Shown: in pieces, positions 22,896 through 32,858 of the stretch
How the letters are laid out: each line of letters starts with the position of its first letter
How positions within the stretch are numbered: the stretch's first letter is position 1
Assembly: GCA_963817955.1 (NCBI GenBank)
Contig: CAWFQK010000002.1
Span: forward strand, 832,001-896,000
Length of the DNA stretch: 64,000 nucleotides
Source: an uncultured Gemmatimonadaceae bacterium
GTDB taxonomy: Bacteria > Gemmatimonadota > Gemmatimonadetes > Gemmatimonadales > Gemmatimonadaceae
Direction: 5' to 3'
Program-made: the position numbers and the translations under genes
The notes under the pieces: model-generated
The model's database searches: none
What the model saw: the letters and a program-made list of their open reading frames with translations, nothing else
What the model was told of the DNA's origin: nothing

Positions 22896-24532
22896 GCCGA
22901 ACGTCCGGTGTTGATGACGTTGACGTTGCGAAAGCGCGTGACGGGCGCGCCGTGACTCACGGCGTTCACCTGAACCGGCTGTCCCTTGGCGTCGCCGAAC
23001 GCGCCGCCCAAGTGATAGCTCTTCTGCCCGCCGACCATGTCGAGGCTCGCCCAGAACTCGGGCGTCCTCATTTGGTACGCAACGTCCTTGAGCATGCCGA
23101 CGATCTTGCCGCCCTTGATCTCGTAAAAGATCTGGCCACCGAACTGAGCGTTGTAACGCTGCTGATCGATCGAGAACGAGCCATCGCCGATGATCGCGAT
23201 ACCGCGGTCGGTGGCGGCGATCAGATCGTCCCAGCCGAGATCCTTGTCGCCTGGAAGCAGCGACACGTTTGGCATGCGCTGGAACTGCACGGCGGCCCAC
23301 GTTTGCGCGTACGAACAGCCGTGCGAGCGGGTGGACGTCCCGAGTTTCTTGTAGTACCAGTCGAGCCAGGGCGCCTGCTCGCGCGTGGTGTGATAGTCGA
23401 CGAACACACCCTTCTTGATGATGTCGAAGTCTTCCGGCTTCACACCTTCGTCGTCCCATCCGCATGCCGACAGCGATCCTGCCTGCGACCGGTCGCCGCG
23501 GATGTTCATCAGCTCGGAGCCGTACTTCAGCGTGCCGAGCACCTTTTCTGGTGGTGCGACAAAGCTGGTGCCGGCGTAATTCGCCTCGTACCCCATCGCG
23601 CGATCGAGCTCGGTGGGATGCGCTACCGATTCATGGATCGTGAGCCAGAGATGCGATGGGTGCAGCACGAGATCGTAGCGTCCGACGTCCACCGACTTTG
23701 CCGAGAGCTTCTGCACCGCTTCGTCCGCCCACTTCGGTGCGTTCTCGACGAGCCCGGCACTGCGCACGTGCTCGTAGCCCAAACCGCGAGGCGCAATGTC
23801 TACCGACTGCCGCGTGGCGAAGTCACCGTTCCCGGTAGCGGTGACCGTCATCGACGGTTCGGTGCGGTAGATCGTCTGCACGGTGAGACTGCCGTCGGTG
23901 GACGCGAACGTCTTCTCCTCGCGGAGGAAGAACATGCTCGAATTCACGAAGCGCGCACCTTTCACGGCCAGCGCGGCCTGATTGGCGGCGAGGAGCAGAC
24001 CGGCCTTCTCCTCGACCGTCACCTCGAACGGGTCGATTTCGATGGGACTCTTCCACGTGCCGTTCGCGACGGCGGGCGCTGGGGCGAGCACCACGGGGCG
24101 CACCAACGCCGAACGGTTGGCGCGCGCTTGGGCAACCGACTGCTTTGCCACGCGCGACACTTCGTCGCGCGTCAGATCGCGACTCGCGGCGAAGCCCCAC
24201 GCACCGCTCACCAGCACGCGCACACCGAAGCCGTAGGTCTCGTTGTCCGAGACGCCCGACACGCGCTGCTCGCGTGTCGATACGTTCTGGGTGCGATTGC
24301 GCACGAAGCGCACGTCCGCATACTCGGCACCGGCGCTCTTGGCGGCGTCGAGCGCAATCATCGCGAGCTCTTTGACGTTGGGTTCGCCGGCGACGATTGC
24401 GCTGTACGGCGAGTACGGAGGGGAGACGGGAGCGTCGGTCGCATCGCGACCGGTAGGAGTGTGCGCTGCGATACCGGCAATCGCCGCCACAGCGGATGTC
24501 GACTTGATGAATTCTCGTCGAGATTGATCCAC
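22892..24532 (-). CDS. tldD: TldD family metalloprotease with Tat signal peptide
   Basis: SRREFIK Tat motif, HESVAH zinc motif, DDEGV, RMPNV, KGQP. Confidence 0.9.
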   Translation of the reverse strand: MDQSRREFIKSTSAVAAIAGIAAHTPTGRDATDAPVSPPYSPYSAIVAGEPNVKELAMIALDAAKSAGAEYADVRFVRNRTQNVSTREQRVSGVSDNETYGFGVRVLVSGAWGFAASRDLTRDEVSRVAKQSVAQARANRSALVRPVVLAPAPAVANGTWKSPIEIDPFEVTVEEKAGLLLAANQAALAVKGARFVNSSMFFLREEKTFASTDGSLTVQTIYRTEPSMTVTATGNGDFATRQSVDIAPRGLGYEHVRSAGLVENAPKWADEAVQKLSAKSVDVGRYDLVLHPSHLWLTIHESVAHPTELDRAMGYEANYAGTSFVAPPEKVLGTLKYGSELMNIRGDRSQAGSLSACGWDDEGVKPEDFDIIKKGVFVDYHTTREQAPWLDWYYKKLGTSTRSHGCSYAQTWAAVQFQRMPNVSLLPGDKDLGWDDLIAATDRGIAIIGDGSFSIDQQRYNAQFGGQIFYEIKGGKIVGMLKDVAYQMRTPEFWASLDMVGGQKSYHLGGAFGDAKGQPVQVNAVSHGAPVTRFRNVNVINTGRSA

Positions 24533-24620
24533 GCAGTACCCTCGTAATTGCTGTGCGCGTGATTAGTGCTCTGACGCGAATATAGGATTGGCCGATTTCA
24601 CACGCAATAGCGGTTGGGAA

Positions 24621-24767
24621 CGAGACACGAGACACGAGACACGGGACACGGGACACGAGACAGACGAGATGCACGACACGAGTGCGCGGAGTGCGCGGAG
24701 TGCGCGGAGTGCGGAACGAACCACGATGCGCATCATCCCGTGTCTCGTGTCCCGTGTCTCGTGTCTC
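24621..24767. repeat. Inverted heptamer arrays (GAGACAC/GGGACAC) around GAGTGCGCG x3
   Basis: About 6 forward heptamers 24621-24662; about 4 reverse heptamers 24737-24767. Confidence 0.85.
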
Positions 24768-24928
24768 CTATTGCAGAAGCTGCACCACGCCGTCGTAAAT
24801 GGTCGAATAGTCGTGCGGCGTGCGCAGACTTCCGCCGATCATACTGCCGTGCGAGGTTTCGTGCGCGGCTCCGACGCATCGCTCTCGACGCGCGACCGCA
24901 CCTAACAGATTGCATGGAGCGCACGCGC

Positions 24929-25954
24929 GTGAAAGCGCTTGTCAAAGTATCTGCCGGCCCGGGCTTCGTCCTGAAGAATGTTCCCGAGCCAACAATTCTC
25001 GACAATGAAGTTTTGATCCGCGTCAAGCGCGCCGGCGTCTGCGGCACCGACGTGCACATCTACGAATGGGACGCCTGGGCGCAGGGCCGCGTGAAGCCGC
25101 CGATCACCGTCGGCCATGAGTTCGCCGGCGAGGTCGTACAGGTCGGCAAGCTCGTGACGGATGTGCGCGAAGGCGATCGGGTGACCGCCGAAGGCCATAT
25201 CGTGGATGGACGCTGTCTGCTCTGCCGCACCGGGAACTCGCACGTCTGCCCACACACCAAGATCATTGGCGTGGACCGCGACGGCTGCTTCGCCGAGTAT
25301 ATCGCGATGCCGGCGACGAACGTCTGGCACCTCGACGACAACATCTCCTTCGATATCGGCGGGATCCACGATCCAATGGGGAACGCGTTTCATACCGCGC
25401 TCACCGCGGAGATCCCCGGCGCGACGGTGCTCGTTACCGGTTGCGGACCAATCGGAATCTTCGCCATCGGCATCTGCAAGGCGGCCGGCGCATCGCGCAT
25501 CATCGCCTCCGACATCAATGACACTCGCCTCGCACTGGCCAAGCAAATGGGCGCACACGACATCGTGCACCCCAGCGAAGCCGAGGCCGTTGTGAAACGC
25601 CACACCGACGGATTGGGAGTGGATGTGGTACTCGAGATGTCAGGCGTTCCGTCCGCCGTCCATCAGGCATTCGCGCTGGTACGCGTCGGCGGCCGCGTGC
25701 AGATGCTTGGCATCCCGGCCAAGCCGATCGACGTGAACTTTGCCACCGAGATCATCTTCAAGGGCCTCACCGTGTACGGTGTCGTCGGCCGGCGCATGTA
25801 TGACACCTGGCTGCAGATGACGCGCTTTCTGCGCTCCGGCCAGTTCGATCCGACGCCGGTGATCACGCACCGTTTCCCGCTCGAGGGCGCCGACGAGGCG
25901 ATCCGCGCAATCAAGTCGGGTGAAGCGGGTAAGGTCATTTTCGAGATCGCGTAA
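24929..25954 (+). CDS. tdh: L-threonine 3-dehydrogenase
   Basis: GVCGTDVHIYEWDAWAQ, GHEF, adjacent to kbl. Confidence 0.93.
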   Translation: MKALVKVSAGPGFVLKNVPEPTILDNEVLIRVKRAGVCGTDVHIYEWDAWAQGRVKPPITVGHEFAGEVVQVGKLVTDVREGDRVTAEGHIVDGRCLLCRTGNSHVCPHTKIIGVDRDGCFAEYIAMPATNVWHLDDNISFDIGGIHDPMGNAFHTALTAEIPGATVLVTGCGPIGIFAIGICKAAGASRIIASDINDTRLALAKQMGAHDIVHPSEAEAVVKRHTDGLGVDVVLEMSGVPSAVHQAFALVRVGGRVQMLGIPAKPIDVNFATEIIFKGLTVYGVVGRRMYDTWLQMTRFLRSGQFDPTPVITHRFPLEGADEAIRAIKSGEAGKVIFEIA

Positions 25955-25985
25955 TTACCTGACGATACGACATAGGACGACAACC

Positions 25986-27194
25986 GTGACACTGAATACG
26001 AACTTCACCGAGGGCCTGGAGCGTACGATCGACCAGCTCAAGGCCGACAAGGTCTACAAGCGGCTCAACTATCTGGACTCGCCGCAGTCCGCCCGGGTGC
26101 AGATGGAAGGGCGCGGCGAGGTGCTCATTCTCTCGTCGAACAATTATCTCGGTCTGTGCGACGAGCAGGCCGTGATCGACGCCGGCATAAATGGACTGAA
26201 GAAATTCGGCGCCGGCACGGGCAGCGTGCGGTTCATCTGTGGCACGTTCACCATTCACCGCGAGCTCGAGCAGGCACTCGCGCGCTTCGTCGGGACGGAG
26301 GCGTCGCTCACGTACGTGTCGGCGTGGAACGCGAACGAAGGGCTCACCGCGACGGTCGTGGAGGAGGGGGATTTCGTCATCTCCGATGCGCTCAACCACG
26401 CGTCGATCATCGACTCCATGCGGCTCGCCAAGGCGATCACGAAGTGCACCACCGGCGTGTACAAGCATGGCGACCTGGACGACTTGCGCGAGAAGCTCGT
26501 GCAAGCGAAAGGGGCGAAGCGCCGGATCATCTGGACCGACGGCATCTTCTCGATGGAAGGCGCCATCGCCAAGCTGCCCGAGATTCTGCAACTCGCGCGC
26601 GATCACGACGCCATCGTGGCGGTGGACGATTCACACGCCACCGGCGTGCTCGGCAAAATGGGACGCGGCACGGCGGAGCACTTCGGCGTGCTCGGTGAGG
26701 TGGATATCATCACCTCCACGCTCGGCAAAGCGTTGGGAGGCGCAGCGGGCGGTTTCGTCGCCGGTTCAGCGGCGCTCGCCGATTATCTCACGCAGCGTTC
26801 CCGCCCGCAGCTCTTCTCGAATGCATTGCCACCGACGGTGTCCGCGAGCGCGCTCGCCGCAGTCGAGTTCGTGGAGCACCATCCCGATCGCGTTGAAACA
26901 CTCCGTCAAAATTCGCGGTATTTTCGCGAACAGATCATCGAGGCGGGATTCAAGCCGCTACCCGGTGAGACGCCAATTATTCCGATCATCGTTGGCGAGA
27001 CGGCGGCGGCAATCCAGATGAGCGACATGCTCCTCAGCGAAGGGGTGTTCGTGACCGGGTTCGGGTTTCCGGTCGTGCCGCAGGGCCAGGCGCGCGTACG
27101 TTGTCAGATTTCCGCGTCGCATTCGCGGGACGATCTCGACCGGGCCGTTCAAGCTTTCAAGAAGGTCGGAGCTAAGCTCGGCATCGTACGGTAA
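25986..27194 (+). CDS. kbl: Glycine C-acetyltransferase (2-amino-3-ketobutyrate CoA ligase)
   Basis: SNNYLGL, SVRFICGT, DALNHASIID, STLGKALGG. Confidence 0.92.
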   Translation: MTLNTNFTEGLERTIDQLKADKVYKRLNYLDSPQSARVQMEGRGEVLILSSNNYLGLCDEQAVIDAGINGLKKFGAGTGSVRFICGTFTIHRELEQALARFVGTEASLTYVSAWNANEGLTATVVEEGDFVISDALNHASIIDSMRLAKAITKCTTGVYKHGDLDDLREKLVQAKGAKRRIIWTDGIFSMEGAIAKLPEILQLARDHDAIVAVDDSHATGVLGKMGRGTAEHFGVLGEVDIITSTLGKALGGAAGGFVAGSAALADYLTQRSRPQLFSNALPPTVSASALAAVEFVEHHPDRVETLRQNSRYFREQIIEAGFKPLPGETPIIPIIVGETAAAIQMSDMLLSEGVFVTGFGFPVVPQGQARVRCQISASHSRDDLDRAVQAFKKVGAKLGIVR

Positions 27195-27451
27195 TGATCA
27201 GCCGTTTGTAGCTGGCGACGTCGTCACCGCCGAGTTGCGTGACGACGGCGCCACAACGGCACCCTGCGAGCATCCAGGGCACCGGCAAGATCGATGACAT
27301 ACTGGACAATGTGAGCGTCGTCACGTTGGCCGACCAGTTCGACGTCCCTCGCAGTGTTTCTTGCACTAGCGAGCGTGACTGTTTGAGCGGGTCTGTCGTC
27401 CGACTGGAGTAGCCGGACGCACGGCTTGCCATTTCTTAGCCGAGGTTTCGT

Positions 27452-28117
27452 ATGCGAACGATCCGTGCCTTGGCGACTGCCGTTGCAGTCGCCGCGGCGC
27501 TACCGACCATGGCCGCCGCCCAGCACGGCCGTCAATTCACGGACGCGTGGTTCTGGGGAGTCAAAGCCGGCGGGCTCACGCTCGCCGACAGCGGCCAAGC
27601 TTACCGGCAGGCGCCGATGGCGGGCATCGACTGGCTCATCACTCGGACACATGGCGGTCTGTACGTGTCGGCCGCCCAGAGCTTCTTCACGCAACAGGTC
27701 CTCACGTTGCGCGATCCGAGCGCACCCGTTGACAGCGGTTTTCGCGTAATCGATGTGAAGAATCTGCGAAGGATAGACATGGCGATCGTCGGATTTCCCG
27801 GCGAGCATGTACGCTTCCATCCGTACTTCGGCGCCGGGTTCTCGTTGAACCAGATCGCCGATGCACAAGCGCGGGGACCGTTCGGCAACACGAACCAGGC
27901 TACATTCGCCGATCAGGTCATCCAGGATGAAAGAGTGAGCTTCTCACCCATGGTCATGGCCGGCGGACAGTACCGATTCCAGAACTTCTCGATGTTTGGA
28001 CAGATGACCGTCAGCCCAACGGAGAAGAATTTCCTGCTCTACAACGGGCGACCGTTGAATATCGGGTACGAGCTTGGACTGCGGTACAACATGGGGACGT
28101 CGATCAGCCGGGAGTAA
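27452..28117 (+). CDS. Putative outer-membrane beta-barrel protein
   Basis: Signal peptide, alternating beta strands, HPYFGAG, YELGLRY. Confidence 0.65.
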   Translation: MRTIRALATAVAVAAALPTMAAAQHGRQFTDAWFWGVKAGGLTLADSGQAYRQAPMAGIDWLITRTHGGLYVSAAQSFFTQQVLTLRDPSAPVDSGFRVIDVKNLRRIDMAIVGFPGEHVRFHPYFGAGFSLNQIADAQARGPFGNTNQATFADQVIQDERVSFSPMVMAGGQYRFQNFSMFGQMTVSPTEKNFLLYNGRPLNIGYELGLRYNMGTSISRE

Positions 28118-28152
28118 GTGTTTGGGACACGGGACCCGTGTCCCAAAAACTC
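28118..28152. repeat. GGGACAC-based palindrome between convergent genes
   Basis: TTTGGGACACGGGACCCGTGTCCCAAA. Confidence 0.65.
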
Positions 28153-28807
28153 ATTCCCCGAGAACGCTCCGCACAAAGGCGCGCGGAGTCTTTGACACGT
28201 ACGGGTTGTCGCTGATGAACCAGCGCAGGGGCCAGTCAGCGGACCGGGTGATGCCAATGCGGGGCGTCACGGTCACGGCGCGGTCGGGGACGACCTCGCC
28301 ACAGCGGATGAGGAGCGGCGGCCGCTGCAGCGACTTGCAATTGTGCCGGCCATCGATACCGAGCGCGAGACAGAGCTTTCCGGGACCGTTGGTGAGATCC
28401 ACGTCGCGGCGAACCTTGGGACGGCGACTGCGCATCAGCTCGATACCGGTCAGCGGCTCCACCGCACGCACGAGTACGGCCCCGGGCTCATCCTTGCGCC
28501 GCGTGACTGCATTGAAGCACCAGTACATGCCGTAGATGAAATACACGTACGCATTGCCTGGCGGCCCGTAGAGGGGCGCTGTGCGCGCCGTACGGCCCGC
28601 CGTCGCGTGGCAGGCAAGATCGTGCTCTCCGATGTACGCCTCAGTCTCGACAATCCGCGCCGTGGCGACTCCTTGGCGCGTGCGACACTCGAGAATTGCG
28701 CCGAGCAGATCCCGGGCGACCAATTCGGTGTCGCGATCGTAGAAACTTCGGTCCAGCGGCGGCGCAAAACGAGAACGCCGCGCTTTCGGCGCGGCGTCCC
28801 TGCTCAT
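28151..28807 (-). CDS. DNA-3-methyladenine glycosylase (MPG/AAG)
   Basis: IVETEAY, YVYFIYGMY, GPGKLC, PRIGIT. Confidence 0.93.
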   Translation of the reverse strand: MSRDAAPKARRSRFAPPLDRSFYDRDTELVARDLLGAILECRTRQGVATARIVETEAYIGEHDLACHATAGRTARTAPLYGPPGNAYVYFIYGMYWCFNAVTRRKDEPGAVLVRAVEPLTGIELMRSRRPKVRRDVDLTNGPGKLCLALGIDGRHNCKSLQRPPLLIRCGEVVPDRAVTVTPRIGITRSADWPLRWFISDNPYVSKTPRAFVRSVLGE

Positions 28808-30642
28808 GCTTCCTTGACGCCCGCGCTCTTCTTGGCGCGTGGACTGCCACCGGCTTTCTTCGCCGGAGAGCGACCACGTTTGGCCTTCGCAATGGGCTCT
28901 GCAACTGGTGGTGCCACTGCTGGCGGTGCCGCAGCAGCCTTCTTGGCACCACCGCGACCACGACTTCCACGCGAGGTCTTTGCGCGTGCCAACGGCGGCG
29001 CACCATTGCCGTTGGGGGACACCACGGCTTCATGAATCGGTTCCACTTCACGCGCGGGTGCAACGGGCGCAACTGGTGCAACGGGCGCAACTGGCGCCAT
29101 ATGTTCGACGACGCCGATCGACAGCAAATCCGGCGGCGGAGCGCCGGGCCGACCGCGCGAGCCCATACGTGAGACGCCGCCGCGCGGCCCCATTCCAATG
29201 CGCGGAGCAGGCGTCGCGCTCACCGGCGGCGCACTCGCAGCGGCAATCGCCGCCTCCTTGCCAGCGAGTTGCTCGGAGACCGGCGCCGCCTCGGCAGCGC
29301 GCGCAACTTCGAAATCGTTGCCACGTCGGCGGAGATCGACGATGCCTTCGTCGTGCGCATCCTTGAGTATGCGCACGAACATTCGGTCGCTGAGGCTCTC
29401 GGAATCGCGACCGAGAAGCTCACGCGCATGCCGGCGAACCTCACTCGCGCGAATCGTTGCGTCGCCCGATACGAGATCGTTCACGGTGCGACGCACCAAG
29501 TCGAACGCTTCGCCGCGCGTGAGGCGCTCACCGCCGATGCCGATGGTGTCGGCGACGGGACGCGATTCGTGGGTGAGCTCGAGTTGCGCGGGCCGTTCGG
29601 TTTCGCGCGGCCGTTGAACAATGGGCTCGGCTGCAACCTCGACTGGCACAGTGGCCGCGGGAGCGGCAGCGACCGCGGCGACTGCGACCTCACCTGGTTC
29701 ACTTGGCTCGCGTGCCTCGCGCGGTTCGCGCGGTTCGCGCGGCTCACGCTCTTCCCGATCGCGGCCACGGCCGCCGCGGCCACGCCGCCCGCGACGCGGT
29801 CCGCGATCTTCACCGGGCATCGTCGTTTCAGCCGCGACTCCGGCCGGCGCGGGAATGGCCGCTTCCGTCCCCGGTTCGCCGGCTGTCGTACCAATTGGCA
29901 GATCTACTTCGAGCTGGCCATTGTCGAGCTTGGTGACCGACAACAGGCCGCGCTGGGCGGCTTCCTGGCAGAAGCGCGAGAACTTGGAGATACCAAGATT
30001 CTTCTCGTCGAACGTGCTATCGATCTCCTGCATCACCTGCTTGAGGCGATCGGAGCGCATGACGTCGTTATTGCGCTTCATGCGCTGCACGGATTCCGTG
30101 ACGAGTTCCCACGGATCGTACTTCCGAGCGGGTTCGTCCTCGGAGGCCTTCACCAGGCCAGCGAGCGCGTTGTAGCTGTAATACTCGTCGCAGTTCTGAA
30201 CGAGCAGATCACTCGTCGACTCGCGGATGCCGACGCCGATCACGTATTTGCCGTACTCCTTGAGCTTGATCACGAGGCTCGAGAAGTCGGAGTCGCCGGA
30301 GAGGAGGATGTACGTGCCGATCTCGGGGCGTGTGAATACGAGTTCGAGGGCGTCGATGGCGAGTCGGATGTCCGTGGCGTTCTTCTTCGACGACCCGTAG
30401 GCGGGAGCGAAGATGAGGTCAATGGAGGCTTCGGACAGCGGCACGATGTATTGCGGGTACCGTCGCCAGTCGGCATAGGCCCGCTGGACGGCCACTTTGC
30501 CCTTGATGATCTCGGAGGAGAGGAGGCTCCGGAGCTCCTTTTTGAGATCGGAGCGAATGCCCATCGTGACGTTGTCGAAGTCGATGAGCAGAGCGGCGTT
30601 GGGCGCGTGGATCGGCGCGAGGGCGTGGGGAGCTGCCGTCAT
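28804..30642 (-). CDS. NYN (LabA-like) domain protein with LOTUS/OST-HTH-like domains and low-complexity tail
   Basis: IDFDN, KNATDIRLAID, SGDSDF, FDEKNLG..KFS. Confidence 0.88.
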   Translation of the reverse strand: MTAAPHALAPIHAPNAALLIDFDNVTMGIRSDLKKELRSLLSSEIIKGKVAVQRAYADWRRYPQYIVPLSEASIDLIFAPAYGSSKKNATDIRLAIDALELVFTRPEIGTYILLSGDSDFSSLVIKLKEYGKYVIGVGIRESTSDLLVQNCDEYYSYNALAGLVKASEDEPARKYDPWELVTESVQRMKRNNDVMRSDRLKQVMQEIDSTFDEKNLGISKFSRFCQEAAQRGLLSVTKLDNGQLEVDLPIGTTAGEPGTEAAIPAPAGVAAETTMPGEDRGPRRGRRGRGGRGRDREEREPREPREPREAREPSEPGEVAVAAVAAAPAATVPVEVAAEPIVQRPRETERPAQLELTHESRPVADTIGIGGERLTRGEAFDLVRRTVNDLVSGDATIRASEVRRHARELLGRDSESLSDRMFVRILKDAHDEGIVDLRRRGNDFEVARAAEAAPVSEQLAGKEAAIAAASAPPVSATPAPRIGMGPRGGVSRMGSRGRPGAPPPDLLSIGVVEHMAPVAPVAPVAPVAPAREVEPIHEAVVSPNGNGAPPLARAKTSRGSRGRGGAKKAAAAPPAVAPPVAEPIAKAKRGRSPAKKAGGSPRAKKSAGVKEA

Positions 30643-31025
30643 GGCCTGGGGACCGCGATGAATGAGCGCAGTCGCGGAGCGTGCGGGAGAACGAGGATAT
30701 CGTGAATTCATTCAGAGCTCAGCGGATCATAGATCCGTAATAGGCGGGTTGGGCGACGAGGCGCCCCAGACCGCTCGGCCACTGGGCCGGACCAACGTTG
30801 ACACCGTTGCGTCGCACGCGACCACCGGCTGTTCCACGCGATGCGCGTGGATAGCACCGATCTCGCAAGCGACGACGGAGATGGAATTTAGACCGGTGGC
30901 TCACGTAAAGCCATGCTATGCCCAAAACACCAATCGCCCAGCGCCTTTGAGGGTGGTTCGCGCTCTCGACACTCTGTATGTTTGACCGCGAAACCGCTGT
31001 CACGCGCCTCTCGTATGGAGCACTT

Positions 31026-32261
31026 GTGAAGCGTGTCGGGTTCCGCGGCCGCCTATTCCTCATTCTGCTGGCTTTCGCCCTCGTTCCGGCGATCCTGATT
31101 TCCGTGGCGTGGACCGCCGCGGGCACGTACGTGTTGCCGCTCGCCAGCGCCACTGCGGCCTGGGACAGCGTTGCGGCCACTGGTGAGCGGGCAATCACGG
31201 CCATGCGCAGCGCGTCGACGACCGTCGCGCAACAGCACGCCATCGACCTCCATGAGGTAACCTTGCGTCAAAGCGTGGTGTACTCGAGGCGCGCTGCATT
31301 CGTCTTCGCCCAACTGGCGCGAAGGCTCGCGTTCTCCACGCTCATCGTGGTGCTCCTGCTCGGCGTAATCGCATCACGGGTGGCTGGACATCTGAGCCGC
31401 AATCTCAGCCGACCCTTGCAGGAGCTGGTGGGTTGGACGGAACGCATCGGACGGGGGGAGCCGTTGCCGGATACGCCCCCTCGGCGCGGCGCGCCGGAGT
31501 TCGAGGTCCTGCGCCGGCGCATGCGCGCCATGGCACGTGAGCTCGAGCTCGGACGCGCTCGGGCGGTCGAGGCCGAACGGTCCGCCACATTGCGCGAAAG
31601 CGCACGGCAAGTAGCGCATGAGTTGAAGAATCCGCTCACGCCCATCCGGTTCGCGGTCGATCGCCTGCGCCGCGAAGCGTCGCCGGAGCTCGCCGAGACC
31701 GTGGAAGTGTTGGCCATCGAGTCGCAGCGGCTGGAGGCCATGGCGCGGAGCTTTGCGCAATTCGGGCGTCTGCCCGAAGGTCCAGCGGCGGACGTCGACG
31801 TGGGTGAACTGGCGCGCTACACGGCGCGCGCGACGATCCCGCCAGAGGTCGATGTCACCGTGGACGTTGCCGACGATGTTCCGATGATTCACGGCCACCA
31901 CGATGCGCTGGCGCGTGCGCTGTCGAACGTGATGCTCAACGCAGTGGACGCGTGCAAGGCGTCGCCCGGGCGAAAGGTTGGCGTGCGCGTGCGGCGCGTG
32001 GATCTCGACGGGCGAGATTCGGTAGAGCTGGCCGTATCGGACACGGGCTGCGGCATTCCGCGCGAGCAATTGGCGCACATCTGGGACCCGTACATGACGT
32101 CGAAGCCCGGCGGCACAGGATTGGGATTGGCCATCGCTCGTCAGACGGTGCTGGCGCACGACGGACAGGTGACGGCCGAGAGTACCATTGGCGAGGGAAC
32201 GGAAATTCGATTCGTGCTGCCGGTGGCTGGCAGACATAACGGGGGACAGAATGGCGATTGA
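31026..32261 (+). CDS. Sensor histidine kinase (HAMP, NtrY-like)
   Basis: AHELKNPLTPI, NAVDA, DTGCGI, GTGLGL. Confidence 0.93.
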   Translation: MKRVGFRGRLFLILLAFALVPAILISVAWTAAGTYVLPLASATAAWDSVAATGERAITAMRSASTTVAQQHAIDLHEVTLRQSVVYSRRAAFVFAQLARRLAFSTLIVVLLLGVIASRVAGHLSRNLSRPLQELVGWTERIGRGEPLPDTPPRRGAPEFEVLRRRMRAMARELELGRARAVEAERSATLRESARQVAHELKNPLTPIRFAVDRLRREASPELAETVEVLAIESQRLEAMARSFAQFGRLPEGPAADVDVGELARYTARATIPPEVDVTVDVADDVPMIHGHHDALARALSNVMLNAVDACKASPGRKVGVRVRRVDLDGRDSVELAVSDTGCGIPREQLAHIWDPYMTSKPGGTGLGLAIARQTVLAHDGQVTAESTIGEGTEIRFVLPVAGRHNGGQNGD

Positions 32262-32529
32262 TGGCGTAGCGGTTCCGATCGTGTTGTTCGTATCCGTCGC
32301 GGTCACGGCGATCGGCATGCCGCTGGCGAAAGCGTACGCCAAGCGCGTCGATCGCGATCCGCGGCCGTCGGTGCCGCCAGACGTGACCGCGCGACTCGAG
32401 CGCATGGAGCAGGCGCTCGACACGATTGCGGTGGAAGTCGAACGCATTTCGGAGGGGCAGCGTTTCACCACGAAACTGCTCGCCGAACGCGGGACGACGG
32501 TAGACAATTCTCCGGAGCGGCGCGCATGA
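32251..32529 (+). CDS. Small single-TM coiled-coil protein, paralog 1
   Basis: TM then DVTARLERMEQALDTIAVEVERISEGQRF. Confidence 0.8.
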   Translation: MAIDGVAVPIVLFVSVAVTAIGMPLAKAYAKRVDRDPRPSVPPDVTARLERMEQALDTIAVEVERISEGQRFTTKLLAERGTTVDNSPERRA

Positions 32530-32852
32530 CCGGTATTTTCTTCCTCGCAGCATTGCAGGGGCCGCCCGATATTCCCCCCGGCGCCATCGAAATCGTACAG
32601 GCGTTCTGCGTCTCGATCGTGGTGATCGCCCTTGGCATTCCGATCATTCGCGCCATCACGCGTCGCTGGGAGCGGGCGCCGCTGCCGCCGGCGACCTCGG
32701 CCGACGTCACGGCGCGACTCGAGCGCATCGAGCAGGCGGTGGAGTCGGTCGCGATCGAAGTCGAGCGCATCGCCGAGGCACAACGCTTCGTCGCGAAGCT
32801 GATGGCGGAGCAACAGGCACAGCGCCTGACCGAGCCGGACGCTTCACCGTAA
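32526..32852 (+). CDS. Small single-TM coiled-coil protein, paralog 2
   Basis: ATGA overlap; DVTARLERIEQAVESVAIEVERIAEAQRF. Confidence 0.8.
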   Translation: MTGIFFLAALQGPPDIPPGAIEIVQAFCVSIVVIALGIPIIRAITRRWERAPLPPATSADVTARLERIEQAVESVAIEVERIAEAQRFVAKLMAEQQAQRLTEPDASP

Positions 32853-32858
32853 GCGCGC

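Noticed and set aside
22952..24547. Long antisense ORFs (also 29269-30705, 40429-41682, 62147-63721)
   Set aside because: Shadows of real genes on the opposite strand, expected in high-GC DNA; no motifs.
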